This document shows positions 35,688 to 48,006 of a DNA stretch of 64,000 nt, piece after piece. The stretch is taken from contig OZ243956.1 of the NCBI GenBank assembly GCA_965214405.1, forward strand, positions 3,584,001 to 3,648,000. The letters run 5' to 3'. The position numbers and the translations under genes are program-made. The DNA comes from Trueperaceae bacterium. Its GTDB lineage: Bacteria; Deinococcota; Deinococci; Deinococcales; Trueperaceae. The first letter of the stretch is position 1; each line of letters starts with the position of its first letter. Below the pieces are notes generated by a model. It did no database searches, was not told where the DNA came from, and saw nothing but the letters and a program-made list of their open reading frames with translations.

Positions 35688-37109
35688 CTACAGCTTGTAC
35701 GTCCGTTTCGCCAAGGTGTAGGCGAGCTCGAGCGCCATACCGAAGGCGTCCTCTTCGTCTACCAAACCTCGAACGACTTCTCCCGCCAGCCAGTTGCACG
35801 TGACCCTGCGCCAGACGTCGTGCCGCGCCGGGATAGAGGCGAACGCGCGCGTGTCGTCGTTGAAACCCGCTAGGTTGTAGATGCCCGCGGTTTCGACGAC
35901 AGCGTCCAGAAACCGCTCTATCCCCTTGACCGAATCGAAAAACCACCAGGGCGGCCCGAGCCGTAGGGCCGGATAATGCCCCGCCAGGGGCGCGAGTTCG
36001 CGGCTGTAGGTGCTTTCGTCGAGCGTGAAAAGGACGAGCGTGAGGCGGGGGTCGTTGCCGTAGGCGTGAAGGAGCTCTTGAAGATTGCGCGTCCATTCGG
36101 TTTTCACAGGGATGTCCGCGCCTTTGTCGAGGCCGAAGCGCTCGAAGACAGCGCGGTTGTGGTTTCGCAGGCTGCCCGCGTGGAGCTGCATAACCAAACC
36201 GTCTTCAACGCTCATCCGGGCCATCTCCATGAGCATGTGGGCGGTAAAGCGCGCGGCGTCGCCTTCTTGGGTGTTGCCTTCTAGGGCTCGAGCAAAAATC
36301 CCCTGGGCTTCGCCCTCCGACAAGCGTTCGGTGTGCGGCGTGAGCGCGGCGTGGTCGGTGGCGGTCGCGCCCACTGCTTTGAAAAACGCTCGCCGCTCTT
36401 CTAAAGCGTTGATAAACGAGGCGTAATCTTCCACCTCAATACCCGACACCTCACTCAGCACGTCAACGTTCTTGCGCCAATTTTGAGCATCCAAATTCAC
36501 CACCGCGTCCGGGCGAAAGGTCGGGCGTACCGCCGTCCAACCTTCGGCTCTCAAGGCTTGATGAGCGTCTAAGGTGTCCGTCGCCGCGTCGGTGGTGCAT
36601 AGAGTCTCGATGTTGAAGCGCTTGAAAAGTTCTCTGGGTGCATACTCGGGGCTTGCCAGTTTGGCCTCGAGTTCATCGTAAATCCGGTCGGCACTCTCCT
36701 TGCTGGGTTTCTCCGTAATACCGAACACGCTGATGAGTTCGTCTTTGAGCCACAGGCCCGTGGGGGTGCCCGCGAAGAGGTGAAAGTTTTCGGCAAAGCG
36801 CCGCCAGATTATGCGCCCGTTCCGTTCAACAGGCGTGCCGTCCTGTGTGGGAACGCCCAGGTCCCCCAACCTCACCCCCTGGCTGTAGAGCATCCGAAAC
36901 ACGTAGTGGTCGGGGATGACGAACAATGCGGCGGGGTCTCCAAACGAAGCATTTTTGTCTGCCAGAAGCGCCGGGTTGACGTGGCCGTGTGGGCACAAGA
37001 GCGGCAGGTCTTTGACTGAGCTGTAAAGGGAGCGGGCGTGCTCGAGCCGACCCTCCTTAGAAAAAAGGCGGTCAGGAGAAAGGCTCCAACTCTGCGCCGC
37101 TCGCGTCAT
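35688..37109 (-). CDS. uxaC: Glucuronate (uronate) isomerase
   Basis: CPHGH, PDHYVFRMLYSQG, PTFRPD, MQLHAG, LGPPWWFFD, GFNDDTRAF. Confidence 0.94.
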   Translation of the reverse strand: MTRAAQSWSLSPDRLFSKEGRLEHARSLYSSVKDLPLLCPHGHVNPALLADKNASFGDPAALFVIPDHYVFRMLYSQGVRLGDLGVPTQDGTPVERNGRIIWRRFAENFHLFAGTPTGLWLKDELISVFGITEKPSKESADRIYDELEAKLASPEYAPRELFKRFNIETLCTTDAATDTLDAHQALRAEGWTAVRPTFRPDAVVNLDAQNWRKNVDVLSEVSGIEVEDYASFINALEERRAFFKAVGATATDHAALTPHTERLSEGEAQGIFARALEGNTQEGDAARFTAHMLMEMARMSVEDGLVMQLHAGSLRNHNRAVFERFGLDKGADIPVKTEWTRNLQELLHAYGNDPRLTLVLFTLDESTYSRELAPLAGHYPALRLGPPWWFFDSVKGIERFLDAVVETAGIYNLAGFNDDTRAFASIPARHDVWRRVTCNWLAGEVVRGLVDEEDAFGMALELAYTLAKRTYKL

Positions 37110-38371
37110 AAAGGCTCACCCAAACGGTAAAGGTGCTCGCCCGCGTGCTCGACCAACAACAGGCCCTCGTCTTCGCGGTTTGCCCACTGGCGGGGCTCGA
37201 TAATCCTGTAATCCCTGTACCCAAGGTCGACCCCTTTACAGACTTCTTCGGGGATGCCGGTCGCCAGCGTGACCTGAATACGAGGCGTCTCAACCCCGTC
37301 TTGAAACGTTCCCGCCCCCTTTACATGCGTCGAGTGCGCCAGCACCGTCCAGGGAACGTGACTGTAAACCTCCCACTGCTTCAAAAAAAAGTCGCGCACG
37401 TGGTAGCCCACCTCCTCAATAAGTTTTCCGTGGGTAACGCTTATCTCTTTGATGTGAGGCGCATAAATAATCACCTCGCCACCGTCTGCAATCACGGGCT
37501 CGGTTTTATACATCGCCTTGGCCGCGGTCCAGAGGTCGTCGTAGCGCGCGGAAGGCATCGACAAGACGCTCTTGAAAGGCTCGGGTTTGTGAATGATGTT
37601 GAGCTTACTTGATAAGTCCGCCGCCGTCGCCCATGCGTTCAAGTGGTCACCAACGTAAAGCCCGTGAAGCGCGTTACCCTTCATCACCAGCTTGAGACAG
37701 GTGAGCGGCTTTCGCGCGGTGACGAACTCGGCGGCGCGGTGCAGCACGCGCCGGACGGCAGTGTCCTTGACGCCGATGGTCTCATAGCTCGTGGCGAGCG
37801 CGCCCAGCCAGTGGGTGCTGTCGATGATTTCGCGCCCGGCCACGCCCGGAAAGAGGTACTTCGCGCCGCCCGAAAAGCCCGCGACCTCGTGGGGAAACAC
37901 GGGACCCAAGATGAGGAGTTCGTCGTAGTCGAAGACAAGTTTATTGATGGTCACGGGCGTTTCTTTGGTCACTAAGCCGTTCGTGAGGCTTTGCATCTCC
38001 CCGCTCGAGACCACCCCCACCGTCGTCAGCGTGTCCGGCACATCCCAGCGGTGGTTGTAAATCTTTGACTTCGGAAACCGCGCCGCCCGCTCCCCCCCTG
38101 ACACGCCGACGAGTTTGCCAATCGCCGCCTCTGACATCGGTTGATGCGTGCCCAATGCGATGAGGTAATCCAGCCGCGCCACGTGTGCGCCCAAAATTTC
38201 ATAAAGGAGCTCGTACATGAGCGGCAACGGCGCGGTGCGGGTGCCGTCGGGGATGACGACTAAGAGGTGCTTACCGGTCACGTCTTTATGAGAGAATGCC
38301 TCCAGCAGCAGCCCCCGCACCTCCGCCTCGCTCAGCGTTTCGTTTACGCTCCCTTGCCCAATCACGTTCAT
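37106..38371 (-). CDS. Lactate racemase (LarA)-family nickel-pincer epimerase
   Basis: VIPDGTRT, IALGTH, NHRW, PHEVAGFSGGAKYLFPG. Confidence 0.85.
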   Translation of the reverse strand: MNVIGQGSVNETLSEAEVRGLLLEAFSHKDVTGKHLLVVIPDGTRTAPLPLMYELLYEILGAHVARLDYLIALGTHQPMSEAAIGKLVGVSGGERAARFPKSKIYNHRWDVPDTLTTVGVVSSGEMQSLTNGLVTKETPVTINKLVFDYDELLILGPVFPHEVAGFSGGAKYLFPGVAGREIIDSTHWLGALATSYETIGVKDTAVRRVLHRAAEFVTARKPLTCLKLVMKGNALHGLYVGDHLNAWATAADLSSKLNIIHKPEPFKSVLSMPSARYDDLWTAAKAMYKTEPVIADGGEVIIYAPHIKEISVTHGKLIEEVGYHVRDFFLKQWEVYSHVPWTVLAHSTHVKGAGTFQDGVETPRIQVTLATGIPEEVCKGVDLGYRDYRIIEPRQWANREDEGLLLVEHAGEHLYRLGEPL

Positions 38372-39175
38372 CTAAACCCCTCCAAACGCCGAAAAGCCGC
38401 CGTCCACCGGCACCACCACGCCCGTGACGAACTTTGCTGCGTCCGACGCGAGCCACACCGCCGTTCCGACGAGTTCGGCGGGTTCGCCAAAGCGGCCCAT
38501 CGGGGTGTGGTCGATGATGGTTTGACCTCGAGCCGTCAAACTGCCGTCTTCGTTAAGAAGCAGCGCGCGGTTCTGCTCGCCCACAAAAAAGCCGGGTGCA
38601 ACCGCGTTGACCCGCACCTTTTCGCCGTACTTCTGCGCCAAGTCCACGGCCAGCCACTTCGTAAAATTGTCAACCGCGGCTTTCGACGCGGCGTAACCGA
38701 CGACTCTGGTAAGGGGCTTTTGCGCCGCCATCGACGAGATGTTGATAATCGAGCCGCCCGTTTTCGCCATAGGCTCTCCAAAAACCTGCGAAGGAAAGAG
38801 CGTGCCGAGTAAGTTGAGCCTGACAACCTCTTCTAAGGCGCTCGGCTCGAGCCCAAAAAACGTCTTCCCACCCACCGCGGTCGCGCCGGGCACGTTGCCG
38901 CCCGCGGCGTTGACTAAGATGTCCACGCGGCCCCAGGTCTCAAGCAACATATCTTTGGCTTCTTTTAGCTGGACGTGCTCGAGCACGTCCGCAGGCAAGG
39001 CCAGCGCCTCACCCCCCGCCGCCCGAATCTCCGCGGCGACCTCCTCGGCCTTGCCCTCGCGCCTGCCCATCACCGCGACTTTGGCCCCCGCCTTAGCGAG
39101 TCCTCTGGCGAGTGCGCCCCCTAACACGCCCGTGCCGCCCGTGACCACCGCGACCTTGCCGCTTAGGTTGAACAT
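38372..39175 (-). CDS. uxuB: SDR, D-mannonate oxidoreductase (fructuronate reductase) type
   Basis: TGGTGVLG, NAAGGN, PLTRVVGYAASKAAVDNFTKWLA, HTPMGRFG, VDGGFSAFGGV; clustered with uxaC. Confidence 0.75.
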   Translation of the reverse strand: MFNLSGKVAVVTGGTGVLGGALARGLAKAGAKVAVMGRREGKAEEVAAEIRAAGGEALALPADVLEHVQLKEAKDMLLETWGRVDILVNAAGGNVPGATAVGGKTFFGLEPSALEEVVRLNLLGTLFPSQVFGEPMAKTGGSIINISSMAAQKPLTRVVGYAASKAAVDNFTKWLAVDLAQKYGEKVRVNAVAPGFFVGEQNRALLLNEDGSLTARGQTIIDHTPMGRFGEPAELVGTAVWLASDAAKFVTGVVVPVDGGFSAFGGV

Positions 39176-39405
39176 TTTGGGTGGCCCCCGCCAACGTCAA
39201 CCTCGAGGCGAGTGACGTAGACCTCGCTCCGAAGACGCGCGTTTACTTCGCGCGGGTCGGCGGTTCCAAAAAAACCTAGGGCTTCGGTGAGGTTGCGTTT
39301 GGCTTTCTCAGCGCTGTCGCCTCGGCTTGCGACGTCGAGTTCGGGGCAGAGGGCGACGTAACCGTCCCGTTTTCGCTTGGTGGTGGCGGTGGGGTGTCTG
39401 GTCAT
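39163..39405 (-). CDS. Short HicB-like (UPF0150) protein, possibly degenerating
   Basis: DGYVALCPELDVASRGDSAEKAKRNLTEAL...EVYVTRLEV; no hicA; its end overlaps the SDR start. Confidence 0.65.
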   Translation of the reverse strand: MTRHPTATTKRKRDGYVALCPELDVASRGDSAEKAKRNLTEALGFFGTADPREVNARLRSEVYVTRLEVDVGGGHPKCST

Positions 39406-39689
39406 GCCGCTATCCTACCGCGTCGCGCTTTTTACGGCTCGAGAGCGCCGCCCGCGTCAGGTCTCGCCAGGCCTTTTTGTGACGTCCACTCCGCCGTTCC
39501 TTTTAGTTTAGATGTAGGGACAAAAGCCTGTCAGACAGCCTTTTTGAATTGATACCTCTTAAGTTGTCTTCAGGACGAGTCACAACGTTCTGGGCGTAGT
39601 TGCTTACGCTGCTTTTTTGCCTGTTACCGTTCCAAGGTGCCTTGGCTTACAGGGGCGTAACAAAGCCAACATGTTGCAGTCACTCGGAG

Positions 39690-39930
39690 ACGGAAAGTGG
39701 CTCATAACGTACTTACGCATTCTGAGGGCGCTCGCGGTGGGGACGCTCGAGCTCACCGATAACCCCCTTTTGCTCCTCATGATGGACGCGTTGCTGTCCT
39801 TGAGCGTGATGATGAATGTGACCCCCCTGATCCTCATCCTGACGCCCGTTCTTTTACCCATCGTCACCGCCGACCCCGTCAACATGAGCCCGGTACATTC
39901 CGGCATCGTGCTGCTCATGAATTTGGGTTT
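39690..39930 (+). pseudogene. Remnant of TRAP transporter large permease (DctM)
   Basis: LTDNPLLLLMM...MMNVTPLILILTPVLLPIVT..MSPVHSGIVLLMNLG resembles the DctM C-terminal helices; boundaries approximate. Confidence 0.6.
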
Positions 39931-40000
39931 CTATAAGGAGAACCGCCTGAATGTTCAGGCGGTTCTGAATGGCCCCAACAGACCCCTGAGGCGCGGGATG

Positions 40001-40273
40001 TTAGCGTTTGGTGGTGTTGTCGTAGGTTCTTACCTCGGGGTCATGGTCACGGCGGTTACGTCCTGCGAGGCCCGCTAAACCCAAAAGCCCGAGCAAGCCG
40101 AGCAAGCCCCAGTCGAAACCGTCGTTGGTGTCGATCACCTGAGGCTGCGTTTCGACCACCTGAGGTGTGACCTCGGTCGTCGTGTCCTGCGCGTAGGCCG
40201 CGGGTAAAACTACCACGGAGAGGCCAAGGACCAAAGCGCCGGTTCGGAGTAGCTTTTTCATACGTTTCATCAT
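40001..40273 (-). CDS. Small secreted WGxxGxxG-CTERM protein
   Basis: Signal peptide, then DGFDWGLLGLLGLLGLAGL and basic residues. Confidence 0.8.
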   Translation of the reverse strand: MMKRMKKLLRTGALVLGLSVVVLPAAYAQDTTTEVTPQVVETQPQVIDTNDGFDWGLLGLLGLLGLAGLAGRNRRDHDPEVRTYDNTTKR

Positions 40274-40610
40274 TCCCCCTTTTGGGTAGGACGGTGCAAA
40301 GTTCCCTTCGCGTTCGCCCACTTCGTACTCGGTGTTAATAACTCAGTGCTAGTAATAGACACGAAATGTGAGAATTACTACACTGTAATAAATTTAACAG
40401 GTGAGGTGAATCCAGATGGAAATCCAGACTGCAATTATGAAACATATTTTTAAGAGAGCACGTGTGAAGGTTTTGCCCTTTCGTTCTTACGCTTAAAGCT
40501 GTCGCGCGCTGACAAGGCTTGAGCGTCCAGAAGCAAAGCGGCTCTCTCTCGAACCGCGTGGCTCGAGCCCCGAAACGCGAAAGATCCTCGTCAGAGACGT
40601 ATCTTCCGGT

Positions 40611-43988
<3,378 letters not shown>

Positions 43989-44016
43989 GCGTTGTAGGCG
44001 TTAACGCCAAAGTGTG

Positions 44017-44055
44017 ATTCGGCCCATCTCAACGTTGAGATGGGCCGAATTTTTT
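44017..44055 (+). terminator. gyrB intrinsic terminator
   Basis: Perfect 34-bp palindrome ATTCGGCCCATCTCAACGTTGAGATGGGCCGAAT followed by a T run. Confidence 0.85.
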
Positions 44056-44248
44056 AAGCTTGTGTGAAGGATAAAGTTGCGTCGCCTAAAGAAGGCTGTA
44101 AGTTACAGAAATTTGCTTTCAAGTTTGAATCGTCATACCCGTTGCCTCTCAAAACGTCGACGAAAACCGCTATACTCTAACCATCTCTTTGGTGGCAGGT
44201 TCGGTCTCCGGTGGACGTAATCGTTTTTGACGGGACGACAAATTGGCT

Positions 44249-47200
44249 ATGTCGAAGGCTATATCAAAACTTCCTCAACTCAAAGCCTGCTTGTTGGGCG
44301 GCTTCAGTCTATTCGTAGACGGTCGGCCCCAGGAAAACGTCAACCAGCCGCAGCAGCAATCGCTGCTGGCTTATTTGATGTTGCAAACACAAACCCCGCA
44401 ACTTCGCAAGCATATCGCCTTTCTTTTTTGGCCCGATTCCAGCGAGAAGCGCGCTTACGCCAACTTGCGGGGTGCGTTGCACAAGTTGCGAAACGATTGT
44501 CCGGCGGTCGACCTTTACTTAACGAGTACGAATACGACCTTGGGGTGGCAGCGCCCCCCGACCTTTTCCCTTGATGTGCTCGAGTTCGAGCGTCTCGTCG
44601 CTCAAAGCCGTGAAACGGCCGACCGCAGCGTGCTCATGCAAGCGGAAGCGTGCTACCGCGGCGAATTGCTGCCAGGTTGCTTTGACGAGTGGCTTTTGCC
44701 GGAGCGGGAACGGCTCGACCAAAGTTACGCCCAGGTGCTCTACCGGTTGGTTGACGCGCTCGCCGCAGAAGGGGAGTACGAAACGGCCGTTCACTACGCG
44801 ACCCGGCTCCGCAACGCCGACCCTTTTAGCGAACGAACCTACCAGTTGCTGATGGCAACTTACGAAGCGCTCGGCGACCGCGCCGCCGCCCTGCGCGTCT
44901 ATCATGACTGTGCCGCCATGCTGGAGCGCGAACTTGGCGTGGAACCCGGCGCGGAAACCCATACCGTTTACAGCCGTATTCTCAACCGAAGCGCCTCCAC
45001 ACCGCCGGGGCCGCCTCCGACCTCGAGCCGACTCACGACCTACAAATTGGTGGGGCGTCAAGAGGCGTGGTACACCCTGCAAACCGCCTGGCAAACGGCC
45101 GGTTCGGGTCATCCCACGATGGTTTTAATCAGCGGTGAAGCCGGGATAGGTAAGACCCGCCTCGCTGAAGAGCTGCTGAGCTGGGCCGAGCAGCAGGGCT
45201 GTCTCACCGTTCACACCAGGGCCTACGCCGCCGAAGGCCAACTCACCTACGCGCCCGTTATCGCGTGGCTGCGTTCACCCCCCTATCGACAAGCCCTCCT
45301 TGGCTTAGAAGAGGTCTGGCTGAGCGAGTGCGCGAGGTTGCTACCGGAACTTTTAACAGCACGTCCCGACCTGTCCCCGCCGCTCCCGCTTAGCGAAAGT
45401 TGGCAGCGGCAACGCCTGTTTGAAGCTTTGGCCCGCGCCGTGCTAGCGCCGTCCGAACCCCTCCTGGTGCTCTTCGACGATATGCAGTGGGCGGATAAAG
45501 AAACCTTGGAATGGCTCCATTTTTTGCTGCGTCTCGAGCCAAGTGCGCCGCTGTTGGTCTTAGGCACGGCGCGCCTGTCGGAAGTGGACCCCCACCACCC
45601 GCTCACGGCCTTGCTCGAGCAGTTACACCGAAACGACCACATCCAGCACATCCCGCTCTCTCCCTTAAGCGCCGCCGCCAGCGACGAACTCGCACAACAC
45701 ATCACCCAGCACATCGCGGGGGGCGTAAGCGTTGAGACATTGGCCGAGCTGCGCCGCTACGCCGAGGGCGTGCCCCTCTTTTTGGTCGAGGCGCTGCGGG
45801 CCGAACTCGACAAAGACGAAAGCGAACGCTGGCGGTGGTCGAGCAGCCCGTTGAGCAGCCCGGCCTCGAGCCCCATCCCTCCGCCCTTGCCGCCCAAAGT
45901 GCAGGCCGTGATCCAGGCGCGTTTGAACCGGCTTTCGCCCGGGGCGCGTGGGTTGGCGAACCTAGCGGCGGTGCTTGGCCGTTCTTTTTCCTTGGAACTC
46001 CTCGCGCTCGCCAGCCGCAGCGATGAGGACAGCCTTGTGCAAGACCTAGACGAGCTGTGGCAGCGGCGCATCGTGCGTCAACAGGGCAGCGACTACGACC
46101 TCAGTCACGACCGCATCCGCGACGTGGCCTACGCCGAACTCTCCCCCGTGCAGCGCCAGCGCCTGCACCGCCACGCCGCTGAAGCTCTGGCCCGACACCA
46201 CGAAACTACCTTGGACACCGTCCAGCCTCAGTTGGCCCACCATTATGAAGAGGCCGGTCTTTTCGCTCAGGCCGTCGAGTCTTATTTGCAAGCCGGAAGA
46301 GCGGCGCAGCGGGTATTTGCCAACGCTCGAGCTTCCGAGTTGCTCAACCGGGGCGTCGCGCTGCTCGAGCACCTGCCCGCCACGCTAGAGCGCGACCAGC
46401 AAACGTTAGCGCTGTATGTAGCTTTGTCGGCCTCCTTGCAGGTCACAAAAGGTTGGACCTCTCTTGAAATGTATGAGGCGACCCACAAGGCGTGGCAACT
46501 GAGTAACACGTTGAACGACTCGAGCCAGGGTTTTCGCCAAGCCAAAGTCTTATTCAACCACCACGTCGTTGTCGGAAATTTGGATCAAGGCGGTCATGTG
46601 GCCCGACACTTGCTGGACATCGCCGAACGAGAAGGGTCCCACACCTTCTTCGTGACCGCGCATACCGACCAGGCGTTTGTTCATATGTGTCGGGGAAACT
46701 TAGAGCTGGCAGGGGGGCATGTCGAGCAAAGCTTTGCTCATTACGACCCTCGGCAGCACCGAACGCATCCTTTCCCCGGCAATGGTGACGATGTTTTCCC
46801 GTTTACGACGAAAGCTCATACCCTTTGGCTGCTCGGCTTTCCCGACGGAGCCCTGAACATGGCCCATGAAGGCGTCGGGTTGATGCAAAGGCTCGAGCGT
46901 CCCTTCAGCCAGGCGGTGGGATTGGCGTACTTGACGATGCTCTACGGGTTTCGCCGCGAGACGGTTAAAGTGGCCGAGTACGCTGAAACTTGCCTGGCGA
47001 TGACGACACGCTACGACATCGGCTATTACCATCACTGGGCTGAGATTTTTTGGGCCTGGACGCGAGCTTTGGCTCAGTCAGCAGGGTCGGACGAGAATCT
47101 ATACGAGGCTGCTTTACTCGAGGCGCTGGCCGAATTTGAGGCGACGGGTGCGCGTTTGCGCTTACCTTTTTACCTTTCTTTGCTGGCAGTGTTTTACGAG

Positions 47201-47611
47201 CAAGCAGGCGAGGTCGAACAGGGGCTCGAGAGTATCGACAAAGCCTTCTCAGCCGCCGCACGCCACAACGAGAACTGGTGGAACGCCGAACTCTACCGTT
47301 TGCGCGGGAATTTATTACTTTTACGGGGCAGCGCCGACGGGAACGGCTTAGCGGCGGAGGCTTACAGGCAAGCCATCGAGTTGGCCCGCGAACAAAAAGC
47401 GCGGTCTCTGGAACTGCGGGCCATGACGAGCCTGGCGCGTTTGTGGCGGACGCAAGGGCGGGCGGCGGGGGCGTATAGCGGGTTGGCGGCTGTTTATCAA
47501 GCGTTTACCGAAGGCTTTGGCACCCCCGATTTGAAAGAGGCCAAAGCTTTATTGGTGGTGCTCGAGGACGAAAGCCCCCGCCCCACGTCACACCGACCGA
47601 CGCTTGACTGA
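44249..47611 (+). CDS. SARP-type (wHTH-BTAD) plus AAA ATPase plus TPR transcriptional regulator
   Basis: LLAYL...FLFWPD...NLRGALHKLR, YRGELLPG, ELGVEP, GEAGIGKTRL, DDMQWAD, C-terminal ARSLELRA...FTEGFGTPDL. Confidence 0.88.
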   Translation: MSKAISKLPQLKACLLGGFSLFVDGRPQENVNQPQQQSLLAYLMLQTQTPQLRKHIAFLFWPDSSEKRAYANLRGALHKLRNDCPAVDLYLTSTNTTLGWQRPPTFSLDVLEFERLVAQSRETADRSVLMQAEACYRGELLPGCFDEWLLPERERLDQSYAQVLYRLVDALAAEGEYETAVHYATRLRNADPFSERTYQLLMATYEALGDRAAALRVYHDCAAMLERELGVEPGAETHTVYSRILNRSASTPPGPPPTSSRLTTYKLVGRQEAWYTLQTAWQTAGSGHPTMVLISGEAGIGKTRLAEELLSWAEQQGCLTVHTRAYAAEGQLTYAPVIAWLRSPPYRQALLGLEEVWLSECARLLPELLTARPDLSPPLPLSESWQRQRLFEALARAVLAPSEPLLVLFDDMQWADKETLEWLHFLLRLEPSAPLLVLGTARLSEVDPHHPLTALLEQLHRNDHIQHIPLSPLSAAASDELAQHITQHIAGGVSVETLAELRRYAEGVPLFLVEALRAELDKDESERWRWSSSPLSSPASSPIPPPLPPKVQAVIQARLNRLSPGARGLANLAAVLGRSFSLELLALASRSDEDSLVQDLDELWQRRIVRQQGSDYDLSHDRIRDVAYAELSPVQRQRLHRHAAEALARHHETTLDTVQPQLAHHYEEAGLFAQAVESYLQAGRAAQRVFANARASELLNRGVALLEHLPATLERDQQTLALYVALSASLQVTKGWTSLEMYEATHKAWQLSNTLNDSSQGFRQAKVLFNHHVVVGNLDQGGHVARHLLDIAEREGSHTFFVTAHTDQAFVHMCRGNLELAGGHVEQSFAHYDPRQHRTHPFPGNGDDVFPFTTKAHTLWLLGFPDGALNMAHEGVGLMQRLERPFSQAVGLAYLTMLYGFRRETVKVAEYAETCLAMTTRYDIGYYHHWAEIFWAWTRALAQSAGSDENLYEAALLEALAEFEATGARLRLPFYLSLLAVFYEQAGEVEQGLESIDKAFSAAARHNENWWNAELYRLRGNLLLLRGSADGNGLAAEAYRQAIELAREQKARSLELRAMTSLARLWRTQGRAAGAYSGLAAVYQAFTEGFGTPDLKEAKALLVVLEDESPRPTSHRPTLD

Positions 47612-47672
47612 CGCCGAATCGTCTCTCTTGCCTTAGCAACCAACGCTTAAGTAACGGTCACTGTTCCATACT
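47598..47672 (+). promoter_or_regulatory. Putative SARP heptamer-repeat promoter
   Basis: CGACGCT-N4-TGACGCC, then CAACGCT-N4-TAACGGT-N8-CATACT. Confidence 0.45.
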
Positions 47673-47884
47673 CGCCTCATAACAAGTTGAAGGAGGTGAG
47701 GGTGGCTTGCTCGAGCACGACATCCAGGCCACTGCTGGGGTAAAGGCACCTTGTGCCTCAGCCTGATACCAAAACACGTGAAAGGGGCTGAATAACGTTG
47801 CAAAAAACGAGCGTTCGTGGTCTCACCGCCTAGAAACCGCCGTCACGACAGGTATAAGAACAGGATTTTGGCGACCGCTTCGGC

Positions 47885-47913
47885 TTGACACGTTTTGTTC
47901 TTAGGCGCATAAT
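47885..47913 (+). promoter_or_regulatory. Sigma70-type promoter upstream of the aldehyde dehydrogenase
   Basis: TTGACA-N17-CATAAT. Confidence 0.6.
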
Positions 47914-48006
47914 CGCCCCACTCTTTTATCAATCCCGTGCTCGAGCGGTAGACGCGGGTGGCGCTGGGCTACCCGCAGAAGCCGATTAGCTATCTGGAGG
48001 TGTTCC

